Source: a plasmid
Direction: 5' to 3' (one strand)
Length of the DNA: 64,000 bases
Sequence record: NZ_CP015284.1
The notes beneath the pieces were generated by a model, which was given only the letters and a program-made list of their open reading frames with translations, made no database searches and was not told where the DNA came from. The translations under genes and the position numbers were made by a program. Position 1 is the stretch's first letter. The number at the start of each line of letters is the position of its first letter. Below are positions 16,595-27,200 of the stretch, piece after piece.

Positions 16595-17863
16595 CTATCT
16601 ATAAACAATCAAGAAATAATCATCAAAAGGGAGTTTTATTTTTTCTGGTAGAACTTCTTTTGGGAATACAATGATCATATGTTCATACTCTATTGAGAAT
16701 TCTTCATAGAGACTAGTTAAGTGAGGAATCAAGTCATCTTTGATATATGCCATAGGTACCATAGGGTACTCTTTCAATTCCCAAGAGTCTGTTTCAACAA
16801 CAGCTGATAACTGGAATTTATCATCATCCAAAGGTTCTGATATCTCCTTTACAAGATAATCTATTTTCTGCAGTTCAGAAAAATCATAAGCCTCGCAATC
16901 ACACCAATCTTTATAATTTGAAAACATTTTTTCTTGAATGATTTCGACAATAACCTCAGAAGCATTTGTTGTTGTTTGACTGAATAAAGAAATATTTTTA
17001 CGCTTTAACATGTCATGTCCAGTTACACCATCAACCTCGACCTCATTTACATATTCAAAAAAGTTCATTAAACGTTTAGATACTTGCGTATTATCTTTAC
17101 GGCTATTCTCGAAAACGAAAAATAAACTAGAATTTTCAAATGCTGGTTCTTCTGCATAACCAAATATTTTAGAAAGTAGAATTGTTTGACGTTCTGTTGC
17201 TCGGTCATACTCAATAAAAAAAGGGTTATCGTTCACAAATACAACAGCATCAGGAACCATTAAAAGATTAACCCGACTAATGGGAAATACGACTTGTATG
17301 TTTAGGTCATAAACAGACTTGTCTTGGTTTTTTAAAAAAAGCTTGTTTAAGATTTTAGCAACTAATCGTCTGGTCTCTAGATCATGAATATTTACGGTTT
17401 GAGGTTTCCCTCCTAGAAGATTATTACTGACAATGCTATATACTGACCTATCATATTCAGTCGTTGTTGTTAGCAACCGTATTTTATCAATCCCCTTAAT
17501 CATAGTAAGTAACCAGGTACTAAAACCTTTGTTCAGATAATATATTTTTCTCTTACCGCTTCTAGCATCCGAACAAGCTGAAATAGGATGATTCACCTTC
17601 CCAACAAGACGATAAAACCATGAATTAGGGGTTTTGGATTTACGAGTTACTGCAGTATAAATGAGGTCTATGATTTCCTTATCAAAATAACCAAACCTTA
17701 GTAAATGATAAAAGATGATAAGCTCCTCTTCTGAAAACGATAGTGAGGTATTTTGATTTTTTGAAACAAAGTAAGTAGCTATTTTATTTCTCTGAGTGTA
17801 ATGAATTTTATTTTTTTTATTTGAAATAAGTGAGGTAAAATCTCTATTTTTTATATCTTGCAT
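16595..17863 (-). CDS. Hypothetical protein (422 aa), possibly DNA-binding (winged-helix-like N-terminus)
   Basis: ORF. No catalytic motif recognised. Confidence 0.5.
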   Translation of the reverse strand: MQDIKNRDFTSLISNKKNKIHYTQRNKIATYFVSKNQNTSLSFSEEELIIFYHLLRFGYFDKEIIDLIYTAVTRKSKTPNSWFYRLVGKVNHPISACSDARSGKRKIYYLNKGFSTWLLTMIKGIDKIRLLTTTTEYDRSVYSIVSNNLLGGKPQTVNIHDLETRRLVAKILNKLFLKNQDKSVYDLNIQVVFPISRVNLLMVPDAVVFVNDNPFFIEYDRATERQTILLSKIFGYAEEPAFENSSLFFVFENSRKDNTQVSKRLMNFFEYVNEVEVDGVTGHDMLKRKNISLFSQTTTNASEVIVEIIQEKMFSNYKDWCDCEAYDFSELQKIDYLVKEISEPLDDDKFQLSAVVETDSWELKEYPMVPMAYIKDDLIPHLTSLYEEFSIEYEHMIIVFPKEVLPEKIKLPFDDYFLIVYR

Positions 17864-18402
17864 TTTGTAGTCCTAAAATAGTCAATCAATAGGGTATATA
17901 GTCTGGTCTTTTTTCGAAGAGTACAGATATTATTTTTTAAGTCATGCTTAGCCTTTAATATAGACCTGCTCAAGCATTCCTTTGTACCCGTAAAATGCTG
18001 ATTGATACTTTCATCTCCTCTCATTCATAACGTCGTAGTTTATTTTTATGACGATAATCCGTAAAATAATGGTTTATTCTAGGTATATAGTAGCCACTAT
18101 TTACTCATTTATGATTTACGAGTTTCTAATATTAGTCGTCAACCCTATAAATACAGTAAACTCTTAGACTTTTCTTCTCTGTAATCTTTCATTCATAAAA
18201 TCTGGTTATTACATAACACTCGTAACAACCGGTTTTATGGGGTTCTAAGCACTTAATAACTACTATTAGGATTCATTTATAATGGGTCGCTATAGTGTTC
18301 AGTATACCCTAGAATAGATTATTTTCAAGGGAGTGACATGGGTTGACTTTTAATATTCTTACTCTATACTATTAGATATAATTAATAATTAAGGAGCAAA
18401 TT

Positions 18403-18711
18403 ATGGCAGGAAAAAATAAAAAAACTGAATCAGATTTTATTAAGGAACTTGAAGCCTTAGAACAACAAAAAAGAGAAGCTACAGAGCAACTTAAAGCCTA
18501 TCAAAAATCACAAACTGATAAACTAGGTCAGCTCTATTTCGAATTGAAAAAACTAGAAAATCCAGATTTATCTATTGATGATTTAGTTGTTGAAACACAA
18601 AACAAGGTTAAAGAGGTAAAGAAAGAAATTAAGAGTAAAAAAGCAGCAGAAAAAGCAAGAAAGGAGGCTGAGAAGACTAATAAAGAAACATATAATGACT
18701 CTCAAAATTAG
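18403..18711 (+). CDS. Small lysine-rich coiled-coil protein (102 aa)
   Basis: RBS taaggagcaaattATG. It is the only plus-strand gene in the core. Confidence 0.55.
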   Translation: MAGKNKKTESDFIKELEALEQQKREATEQLKAYQKSQTDKLGQLYFELKKLENPDLSIDDLVVETQNKVKEVKKEIKSKKAAEKARKEAEKTNKETYNDSQN

Positions 18712-18715
18712 AACA

Positions 18716-18742
18716 AAAGCAACGGAAATCCGTTGCTTTTTA
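18716..18742. terminator. Bidirectional rho-independent terminator
   Basis: aaagcaacggaaatccgttgcttttt lies between convergent gene ends (18711 plus, 18749 minus). Confidence 0.65.
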
Positions 18743-18748
18743 TGTTAT

Positions 18749-21700
18749 CTAAAAACCTTCTTCTTCATCAATATCCATTTGTTCTACATTACTTTTTAAA
18801 GTTTTAGTTGCTTTCTCACGAGCTACACGAGATAGCTCTTGAGGTAATTCGAACTCTTGATTAGGTGCTTGAATATTTTGAGTATCAACTGTTTCAGGTG
18901 TAGATGATGGAGCTAGGATCACTCTTTGAGTGATTTCTTTATCCTTCAACTCAACGATATCATTTTTACTTTTTACAGTTTGTTTATCTTCAACAACTGG
19001 AGGGATTTCAGAGATATCGACCTCCACTTTTTGCTCAGTGTCCTCTGTCACCTCTTCTCTAATTGAAGTGTTTTCTCTATGTTCTGTCATACTTTCGTTG
19101 ACTAAGATTGTTCTTTTAACTGATGGGGAATCATCTTTTTTACCAACTGTATCATTTACATTACTATCAACATTTGGCACCTTAACATCCATGATTGCTT
19201 GCCATTCTTCGTCAGTAAAATCACTTTCATAGAGGTGGCTTTCAGACTCTTTTTGAGCATAATATTCTATCACTTCTGCTCTCCAAATTTTATAGGCTTT
19301 TGCAATTTCCGGTTCTTCCTCTCCAAGACCATAAACCCTATTGAAAGGTGTATGTGAGACGAAAGAGTCCTTCGAAATATCCATTTCAAAATGCGGAGAT
19401 GTTGTCAAATAAATCATATTTGAGACTTCATCATCACTGACGATAACACCACCAACTTGGAATTTCTCTAGGTTATTTGCATCTCTAGCAGTGAAGTTAT
19501 CTTCTTCTACTACTTCCTCTGAAGTCGCACTGGAGTTACCTTGATTCCCTGCTAAGAGGTCATCGTTTGCTGCACGTTTGGTTTCTTTAAGAGCGTAATG
19601 TTTCCCTCCTGAACGAAGATTAATAAACTCTACAACCTTTGTTGAGGTTTGTTGGAAGGTAAAGGCATTACGATAAGACATCTTGATTGCATCAGCCCCA
19701 GATTCGCCAATAGAATCCCTAATTTGCTCGTCATGTTGATAAGCATGCATAACTGGAACATGGAACTTACGAGACTCATCTAGGAAGTTACTATCATTAC
19801 CTGGCATCAAATAACCATTCTTTTCATCTTCATAAAAAGCAAAGAATGGAGACTTATCTGGGAGACGTCTTTGAGCAGCATTTTGCATAACTAATGTTAC
19901 CATCTGTGCTACCATTCGAGACTTTTCTTTACCAAGAACACCTTTAGCAGAATTGACCAAAATCATCCCACCCGTTTTCAAAACTATGTCCAAATCCTTG
20001 GTGCTTTGAGAGAAAAATACACGACGGATTTCTGGTGAAGATGATAGGTCATCAATGACTGCTTTTAGACCAGATACGTTAGCATCAAAAGTATAATAAT
20101 ATTCTTCTGTGTACGAATTTAATTGATGAGCATTGATGAAATAATCATAAGAGCTTTGGAGGTTTTCAAGTTTATTCCTTTCATCATTAAATGTGTTAAT
20201 AGCTTCATGAACATTCTCTGGTCTAAGGATAGTATCAAAGAGTTGTTCGTGCTCACGATTGTACTCTGATTCCTCTAACCACTTTTCTTTTTCCTGCTTT
20301 AAGAACTCTTCATGCTTATTCAACGTTTCTTCAAAAAGCCTTTTCTTTCGATTAAGTAATTGTTCAAAAACGGCAATATAGGCTTCAATCCAATCACTAG
20401 AACGTAACATATTTGAGAATTCCGTTAGTGTTGGAGACTTACCTTTTAACATATAGTTGATTGGTGCATCTGGGATCAACGCTACCTCTTTAATGACAGT
20501 AATGATATTATCAGTAAGTTGTCCTTCTTGGTTTAGGAAGAAAGAAGAGCCAGTCCCAGTTGGGTCACTAAATCGTTTAAATAAGTCTCGAACCGCCCCT
20601 TTAACCTGTGTAGTATCTCCATCTAAAATATTAATTGCACCAGTTCCTGGGTTAGTAGGATCTAGAGTCCAAATCATTTCGTCGGGGAAGCCCATCTTAT
20701 GAGCGTACTTAACAATTGTGCCATACATTGAACCCGATGGTTCGGTCATATAAATACCATTTGTAAGCTCTGCAGCATAACCATTGTTATACCACTGTTC
20801 CAATAATTCACGTCTTTTTTTCTTCCGTTCAAACTCTGTGCTAAAGAATTCTTCTTCCAGTTCTTCATCTACTTTCATCAAATACTTACGATAGGATAGT
20901 AGATAATATTTCATATTTTCCATATCCTGTAGCATTGCTGGAATCAGAATCGTTGCCGATTTACCAGTACCAATCAAACCAAAGATAATGGTGTGATAAG
21001 TCCTCTCGTTAGCATGTAAAATCACTTGCTCTCCAGTTTTAGAGTTAAGCCCCATAACCAAATTCGCTTGACCTTTTTCATCTTGATTATGAACGATATT
21101 ACTTAATACACTGTCTTGGAAATAACGTCCACCAAGCCATTGCTCTACAAGTTTCTCGTAGGTTTTTTCAGCAATCCCAGTCGCATAGCTATTATAAAAA
21201 ATAAGACCAATTGCTCCAATCGGAGTTAACAATAACAAACTGTTGAACCAGTCAGCTCCTATTAAGGGTTTTAGGGTATGATAACTTAATACAATACCTG
21301 TCTGACTTCCATTTGGTATTGACCAGGGCATATATTTGAGATAATTATCTGCTACATCATACATACGATTGATGAGGGATAAGATAAAATTATTGATTGT
21401 TAGTACATATAAGCCAGAAGATATAAGTACTGCTGCTAGTGCTGCTCTTATAGCATACTTACCAATAATCTTCTTTCGTTCTGCTCGTTTTAAGGTATCA
21501 TATTTTTCAAATAGCACGAAAATTTGACGACTTGTAACATTACTGTGCCATACACCAATGTATAAAACTAAAGCCATATTAACGAACAAAAATATAAATA
21601 AAGATATAAATACCCAATTAGGAAAACGCCATCTGAAGATAAACATAATAATATTGAAAGCAAATAATCCAAAAGATATATGATATACCCAATCGATATA

Positions 21701-21787
21701 TTTTCGCCAACAATACAGCAAGATATCTATTGTTCGCTTACCATTTGTATAATAACGATTAAAAAATAATTTCAAGATCTTCCGCAT
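18749..21787 (-). CDS. Type IV coupling protein (VirD4/TraG-like ATPase), 1012 aa
   Basis: N-terminal TM helices, then Walker A IIFGLIGTGKSATILIP and a large ATPase body, plus a long acidic C-terminal extension. Confidence 0.8.
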   Translation of the reverse strand: MRKILKLFFNRYYTNGKRTIDILLYCWRKYIDWVYHISFGLFAFNIIMFIFRWRFPNWVFISLFIFLFVNMALVLYIGVWHSNVTSRQIFVLFEKYDTLKRAERKKIIGKYAIRAALAAVLISSGLYVLTINNFILSLINRMYDVADNYLKYMPWSIPNGSQTGIVLSYHTLKPLIGADWFNSLLLLTPIGAIGLIFYNSYATGIAEKTYEKLVEQWLGGRYFQDSVLSNIVHNQDEKGQANLVMGLNSKTGEQVILHANERTYHTIIFGLIGTGKSATILIPAMLQDMENMKYYLLSYRKYLMKVDEELEEEFFSTEFERKKKRRELLEQWYNNGYAAELTNGIYMTEPSGSMYGTIVKYAHKMGFPDEMIWTLDPTNPGTGAINILDGDTTQVKGAVRDLFKRFSDPTGTGSSFFLNQEGQLTDNIITVIKEVALIPDAPINYMLKGKSPTLTEFSNMLRSSDWIEAYIAVFEQLLNRKKRLFEETLNKHEEFLKQEKEKWLEESEYNREHEQLFDTILRPENVHEAINTFNDERNKLENLQSSYDYFINAHQLNSYTEEYYYTFDANVSGLKAVIDDLSSSPEIRRVFFSQSTKDLDIVLKTGGMILVNSAKGVLGKEKSRMVAQMVTLVMQNAAQRRLPDKSPFFAFYEDEKNGYLMPGNDSNFLDESRKFHVPVMHAYQHDEQIRDSIGESGADAIKMSYRNAFTFQQTSTKVVEFINLRSGGKHYALKETKRAANDDLLAGNQGNSSATSEEVVEEDNFTARDANNLEKFQVGGVIVSDDEVSNMIYLTTSPHFEMDISKDSFVSHTPFNRVYGLGEEEPEIAKAYKIWRAEVIEYYAQKESESHLYESDFTDEEWQAIMDVKVPNVDSNVNDTVGKKDDSPSVKRTILVNESMTEHRENTSIREEVTEDTEQKVEVDISEIPPVVEDKQTVKSKNDIVELKDKEITQRVILAPSSTPETVDTQNIQAPNQEFELPQELSRVAREKATKTLKSNVEQMDIDEEEGF

Positions 21788-21798
21788 AAAGCACCTCT

Positions 21799-22287
21799 CT
21801 AGTAAGCAAACATTCTTTTCAAGAATTCCATAAATACAACAATAGCAATCGGACTTATTACTCCAAGTCTAATGAATAGATTTCGTCGAGGTAAGCTTGT
21901 TGTTTTCTTACCTTCTGTAATCAACCATTGATAGTGATATATGTATCCTTGTATGAAACCATATGCAGGTAATATCCCAACCGCTAGAATTTCTATTAGG
22001 GTAAAGACTTCTACGAAACTAATCATAGAGAAATCACCACTATGTGTGCCTCCCTTTGATATCATTGCGAGTCCATAGATGATGAAAATAGGGATAAATG
22101 TAACGATATATAAGAATAAAATTGATTTTAAGGCAAAATTTACTCCCATGATTTGTTTCTCTGGATTATTGATAGATTTAGCATAACTCCACCTACCGAT
22201 ACCGATGAAGACCAAGGTAATAGGTAAGACATACCGAATAAAGACTATCAGATAATAGACAATAGCATTGATATTGTGATGATTCAT
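21799..22287 (-). CDS. Integral membrane protein (162 aa)
   Basis: Multiple hydrophobic helices. Confidence 0.55.
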   Translation of the reverse strand: MNHHNINAIVYYLIVFIRYVLPITLVFIGIGRWSYAKSINNPEKQIMGVNFALKSILFLYIVTFIPIFIIYGLAMISKGGTHSGDFSMISFVEVFTLIEILAVGILPAYGFIQGYIYHYQWLITEGKKTTSLPRRNLFIRLGVISPIAIVVFMEFLKRMFAY

Positions 22288-22361
22288 GTTCCCTCCTTGT
22301 TAAATTTTTCTGATCCGAACGTAAACAAAAAGTTCCCATTTCAGAGGGAACTATATGCAAC

Positions 22362-23693
22362 TCAACTAGTGAAAAATGTTGATAAGATTTTACTGTTCAC
22401 ACGATTTGGATAGAAACTATTGAAACGTGATTTGATACGAAACAGACATTTTTTCTCTTCCGTATTCTGTGAATTACTGCTCACTTCTTCAGTTTTTTTA
22501 GCCACTCGACGCCCCCTGCTATTTGCGTCTACCCAGCGATAATGAGCATCTAGTATGACAACTGAAATTTCATCTCCTTGCTTAAAAGGAACCCGATTTA
22601 AAGAACCCGAGTCCTTCATTTTAATTTTGATTCCTGGAAAGTCAACCAACTCTACAGTATGTAGACTTTGTGGATCAAAACTGATAAATCGCACTTTAAA
22701 CAATCGTCCTATGACTTTCTTATCATCAATCATCTCAATCAAAGCATCTTGAGGTGCTTCTTCGAGAACTTTCATATCTCCCTCGATACGAATATAGTCA
22801 TGGATAATGTGACGTTCTCTTTGATTTGGACTTGGTTTTTGGGTATTGGCCCCAGTAATTTTAAATTCCACCCTATCAAAGACTGATACTACTTCGTCTA
22901 GGTTAACAAATGAAGAATCACACTCATAACTTACCCTATGTTTTGGAATGAATACCGTTTGTAATTTTTTGGTCATTACCATGATACCTGCATTGCTACC
23001 ATTGTTAATAACGGCTGATACAATACCTTCATGAGTACGCTCTAAGATATTTTTTCTATCTCGATTACGTGAAGAGTTATCTTTACTCTTTTCAATTTGC
23101 TGAAGAAGTTGATAATTAGTTAACCACTCAGCTAACTCAATACTACCTTCAACAACATAGTTTGATGGGTTATTGATTGTGAGTTTATAATTGTCAATAG
23201 TTTGGATATGGATTTCAGTTAATTTACAAGGAAAAATCCGTCCAACCATTTTAAAGAAATCTTTTGGCTGACGGAAGCCAGATTCAGTTTGTTTAATATA
23301 AACAGCTGTTCCAGCAAGTTCTCCATTTTGGATACGTCCTACTAACATATCACAAAAAGCTACACCTTCACCGATAGGACGACCATTTCTATTTCTAGGA
23401 ATAAATGGCTGTGTTTCAAGCACATTTTCTACCACAACAGATACAACCTTATTAGTTGCTTGTTCTAGCAAATACTCATCTTCAGTATTTCCAAGATCAA
23501 TATATGGGAGTGTATAGTTTCGAATGATATCTGAGACTTCTTCTGGGACACATTCAATTTCTGGTTGCTCAAACCATTGGTCTTGTTCATCTTTCCTATC
23601 TGCAACAACCAATGTTTTAAATTTTTGCTCCCCTAAACTAGCATAATGGACGTTTTCATAACCGTCCTCTCTTATAAGTTTAAGTGCTTTCAT
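22362..23693 (-). CDS. Hypothetical protein (about 444 aa from MKALKLIRED), possible OB-fold nucleic-acid-binding protein
   Basis: The internal ATG is preceded by aaaggagaaaaatATG. No catalytic motif recognised. Confidence 0.5.
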   Translation of the reverse strand: MKALKLIREDGYENVHYASLGEQKFKTLVVADRKDEQDQWFEQPEIECVPEEVSDIIRNYTLPYIDLGNTEDEYLLEQATNKVVSVVVENVLETQPFIPRNRNGRPIGEGVAFCDMLVGRIQNGELAGTAVYIKQTESGFRQPKDFFKMVGRIFPCKLTEIHIQTIDNYKLTINNPSNYVVEGSIELAEWLTNYQLLQQIEKSKDNSSRNRDRKNILERTHEGIVSAVINNGSNAGIMVMTKKLQTVFIPKHRVSYECDSSFVNLDEVVSVFDRVEFKITGANTQKPSPNQRERHIIHDYIRIEGDMKVLEEAPQDALIEMIDDKKVIGRLFKVRFISFDPQSLHTVELVDFPGIKIKMKDSGSLNRVPFKQGDEISVVILDAHYRWVDANSRGRRVAKKTEEVSSNSQNTEEKKCLFRIKSRFNSFYPNRVNSKILSTFFTS

Positions 23694-23780
23694 ATTTTTC
23701 TCCTTTAATGTCTTTTTTGACATTAAAAGCATAACAAAAAAGGTCACTACCTGTAAGATAGTGACCCCCCTTGACTTTTG

Positions 23781-24020
23781 TTAATTCATTGCGATAAGAA
23801 GCCCGACACACAACACTACAATTGGTGTAATTAAGGCGAAAATTGAAAAAATCTTCTTGGCGATACCGATGACAACGTATAATAAACTCGCTAATGTAAG
23901 TAATAGAACCAAGATCATAAACATAATTCTCACCCTTTCTACTAGCTCTTTATTAATTATTATATAGATTTTTGTTATCAATGCAAGTCTAGGGCAACCA
24001 AAATATTTAGGCAACTTCAA
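23781..24020 (-). CDS. Small membrane protein (79 aa)
   Basis: Two hydrophobic helices. Confidence 0.45.
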   Translation of the reverse strand: MKLPKYFGCPRLALITKIYIIINKELVERVRIMFMILVLLLTLASLLYVVIGIAKKIFSIFALITPIVVLCVGLLIAMN

Positions 24021-24209
24021 AAAATTTCATTGTGTGCTTCTGCATGATACCCACGTTTAATTGCGATTACGTCGATATCCTTTCCAAATATATATTTCTC
24101 AGTTTCCTTAACATCAAAAAAGTCCCCAGAAGAATATCACTTCTGAGAACTTTCTCATCAGTCTTAATGTGGAATAATTCTTGAAGTTGAGTTAATCCGT
24201 CACTAATAA

Positions 24210-27200
24210 CTAGTTTTTTATATTTTTCTTTCTCTTATTTGAGATTATTCCAAAATGAGCCGTTGCTAAAGCAATAATACCTGCCCACTCAAAGCCATAA
24301 CCATATTCACTACTTGTATTTGGTAAATAACCTTTAGTTCTTATGGTTGTTTCTTTTGATGAAAGAGGTTCTGAAGACGATTGATTCATCACTACTGGCT
24401 CTAACTTAGTATTTATCACAGTAGAAACCCCTTGATGCTCTTTCGTAATACTATTACGTTCGATTCTATTAACCTCAATTAGTGCAACATCTGAAATTTG
24501 AGATACCTGTTTTGTGCCTCGATAAACTTTCTTAGATTGCGGTTCAATACGTGATAATTCTTTTTCTGTACTTGACTGCAACTCACCATTTACATAGATA
24601 TCTGTGATTTCTACCAAAACTTGCCCGTCTACTGCTGCTATTTCTCGAACTTTGCCTACATCTAGACTTGCATCATCAACGTATTCAATCTTATCTGTCT
24701 TAAGAACTCGACTTTCTTGACGAACCTTAGTTTCAATAATAGCCTCTGGTTTATTATGCTCTATTGGTGCAACATCGGGAACTTGTGATACCTGTTTTGT
24801 GCCTCGATAAACTTTCTTAGATTGCGGTTCAATACGTGATAATTCTTTTTCTGTACTTGACTGCAACTCACCATTTACATAGATATCTGTGATTTCTACC
24901 AAAACTTGCCCATCTACTGCCGCAACTTCTCGAATTTTACCTGCATCAAGACTTGTATCATTAACGTATTCAACCTTATCAGTCTTAAGAACTCGACTTT
25001 CTTGACGAACCTTGGTTTCAATAATAGCCTCTGGTTTATTTTGCTCTATAGGCGCAACATCTGGAACTTGGGATACTTGTTTTGTTCCTCGATAAACCTT
25101 CTTAGCTTGCGGTTCAATACGTGATAATTCTTTTTCAGTACTTGACTGTAATTTACCATCTACATAGATGTCTGTGATTTCTACCAAAACTTGTCCGTTT
25201 ATTGCTGCAACTTCTCTAACTTTGCCTGCATCAAGACTTGCATCATCAACGTATTCTACTTTATCTGTTGTGATGACACGACTCTCCTGACGAGTTTTAA
25301 CTTGTCTAGCTAGGGCCCACTTAGCCCATAAGGTTTTATCTCCAACTGAATTAAAGAGAGTACTGTCTATCTTATTTCCAATAAAATCTGGATTATCATA
25401 CCACCCTTCAAAAACATAACCACTACGAGTTGGACTGACCAAAGGAACTTCAACGTCGGTTTGGTATGTTGAAGGTAAGTCACGAGTAACACTGCCACCA
25501 CCTAAATTGTAATTAAGGGAATAAGTATGAGGTACCAATTTAAAGTCAATCCCCGTTTGAACAGGCGCTACAGGAAGCCAATCAGATTCAGATGAAATGT
25601 ACCCCTCTTTAGAAACCTTGACTTTCCAAAGGCCTTCAGGAACATCCCAAGCAAATTCCCCATTTACACTTGTTAAAACTGGGTTAAGTTGAGAATAGTC
25701 ATCAGCATTCCAAACTTCCTCATTTCCATTAGCGTCCTTATAGTAAACTGTAACTTGGGCACCAGATAGAGCTTTACTTGTTACGCTATTTATAATTGTT
25801 CCAGATGGATCAATAACATAATTTGGCGATTCAGGAAGAGTTAAAAGATAGTTTTTAACTTCAACAAGATCAGTAATTAAAGGATAATTACCACTATCAC
25901 TAAAACGTGATTTGGAAGAACGGTAACCTCGATCTAAAGTATAAAAGAACGACGTTAGATTATGAACTGAAACGTCTGGATTATTAATAGTCTTCTTGTA
26001 TGGTACTTTAACATCATTTGTCATCTGTCCCATTGTTGCGAAACTATTATCCCTGTCTATTTTATCAACCAAATAACGTGTAAATATTTTGCCTTTTTCT
26101 ATCGCTCTGTAGAAACTTTCTTGTTGATTGTTAAAACCTGGACCAGTAAAATTAACAACTCTTCGTAATTTACCTTCAATATCAGCTAAGTTATCATCTT
26201 CTAAAATCCGGTCTCCTGCATTAATTGCTTGATAACCTCCTAAAGAATGCCCTGTGATATAAATATTTTCAATATTTGGATAGTTTAACTTAACTTCTTC
26301 CATAATTTTATTAATCTGATACTTCGCTGCCCTTTCTTGAGGACTATTCCCCCCAGGAATTTTTATATTCCCCAAACCAGCTTCATTATCAATACCCAAA
26401 AGGTCAAATTTATTTGGTTTATTTGGCTTTTCATCGCTTCCCCTAAAAGCAACAATGATGTTTTCTTTATTTTTATCAATAAAATATGAAACTGTGGAAT
26501 GATATTCACCAGGAGAAGGATTATTGCCCGCTATCTCAGGCTCTTTAAAAGCATTTTCTAGTTGCTTAACAAATATCCAATTAGAGAATAAGCTTCTGTC
26601 TGTAGACTCAAGGTTTAAATCATAGAATTGATGTTTCGGTTTGTTATCTGATTTTAACTCATCAAAATTAAACTGTGATACTCCTGTTTCCCCATTTTCA
26701 GGTAATAGTTTCTCTAACTCTTTTGGAGAGAGGTAAGCTAAACCTGAGAAAATCAACAAATCCCTATCAGACACATCCCAACTATTCTTATGTTTATCGG
26801 CAATTATAGGATTATACTTACTGATTACTTTCTTATCCGTTTCCTTTACTTTATCCGAATCAATTAGACCATCTCCATCACTATCTCGACTGTTAAGCGT
26901 TTCAACTTTGATGATAAAATCTTTTGGAATGAAATCATCTCTTATACCATTTACATCGAAAAAGCCTTTGTATTTGAATAAATGAGGATTAGACTGTCTA
27001 CTTAAATGAATAAATCCATTTTTATTATTTCGAGATGTTTTTATAGAAACTCCAGAAACATTTTTATCATTCTCCAACTCCACTTCAAATTCAAACTTTT
27101 CTCCTGGTCGGAAAATTACATTATTATTTGGTTTACCATCAGTTAAATCAAACGATTGTCCATGATGTTTCATAATAAATGATTTTAGACGTGGGGCAGA

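Noticed and set aside
17864-18400. Possible oriT in the 540-bp AT-rich intergenic region between the 422-aa gene and the coupling-protein operon
   Set aside because: Only short, imperfect inverted repeats were found, and no recognisable relaxase gene is adjacent in this window. Left uncalled.
18930-19232. Plus-strand ORFs inside large minus-strand genes (for example 18930..19232, 20457..20702, 27628..28088, 32293..32676, 36281..36807)
   Set aside because: They lie entirely antisense within long, well-supported coding regions (coupling protein, giant surface protein, rep). They lack RBS and show low-complexity translations. Classed as frame-shadow artefacts.
24020-24210. 190-bp gap between the small membrane gene and the giant surface gene reads like a coding remnant
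   Set aside because: No intact ORF with start and RBS. It is possibly a degraded gene fragment, but there is too little to call a pseudogene.
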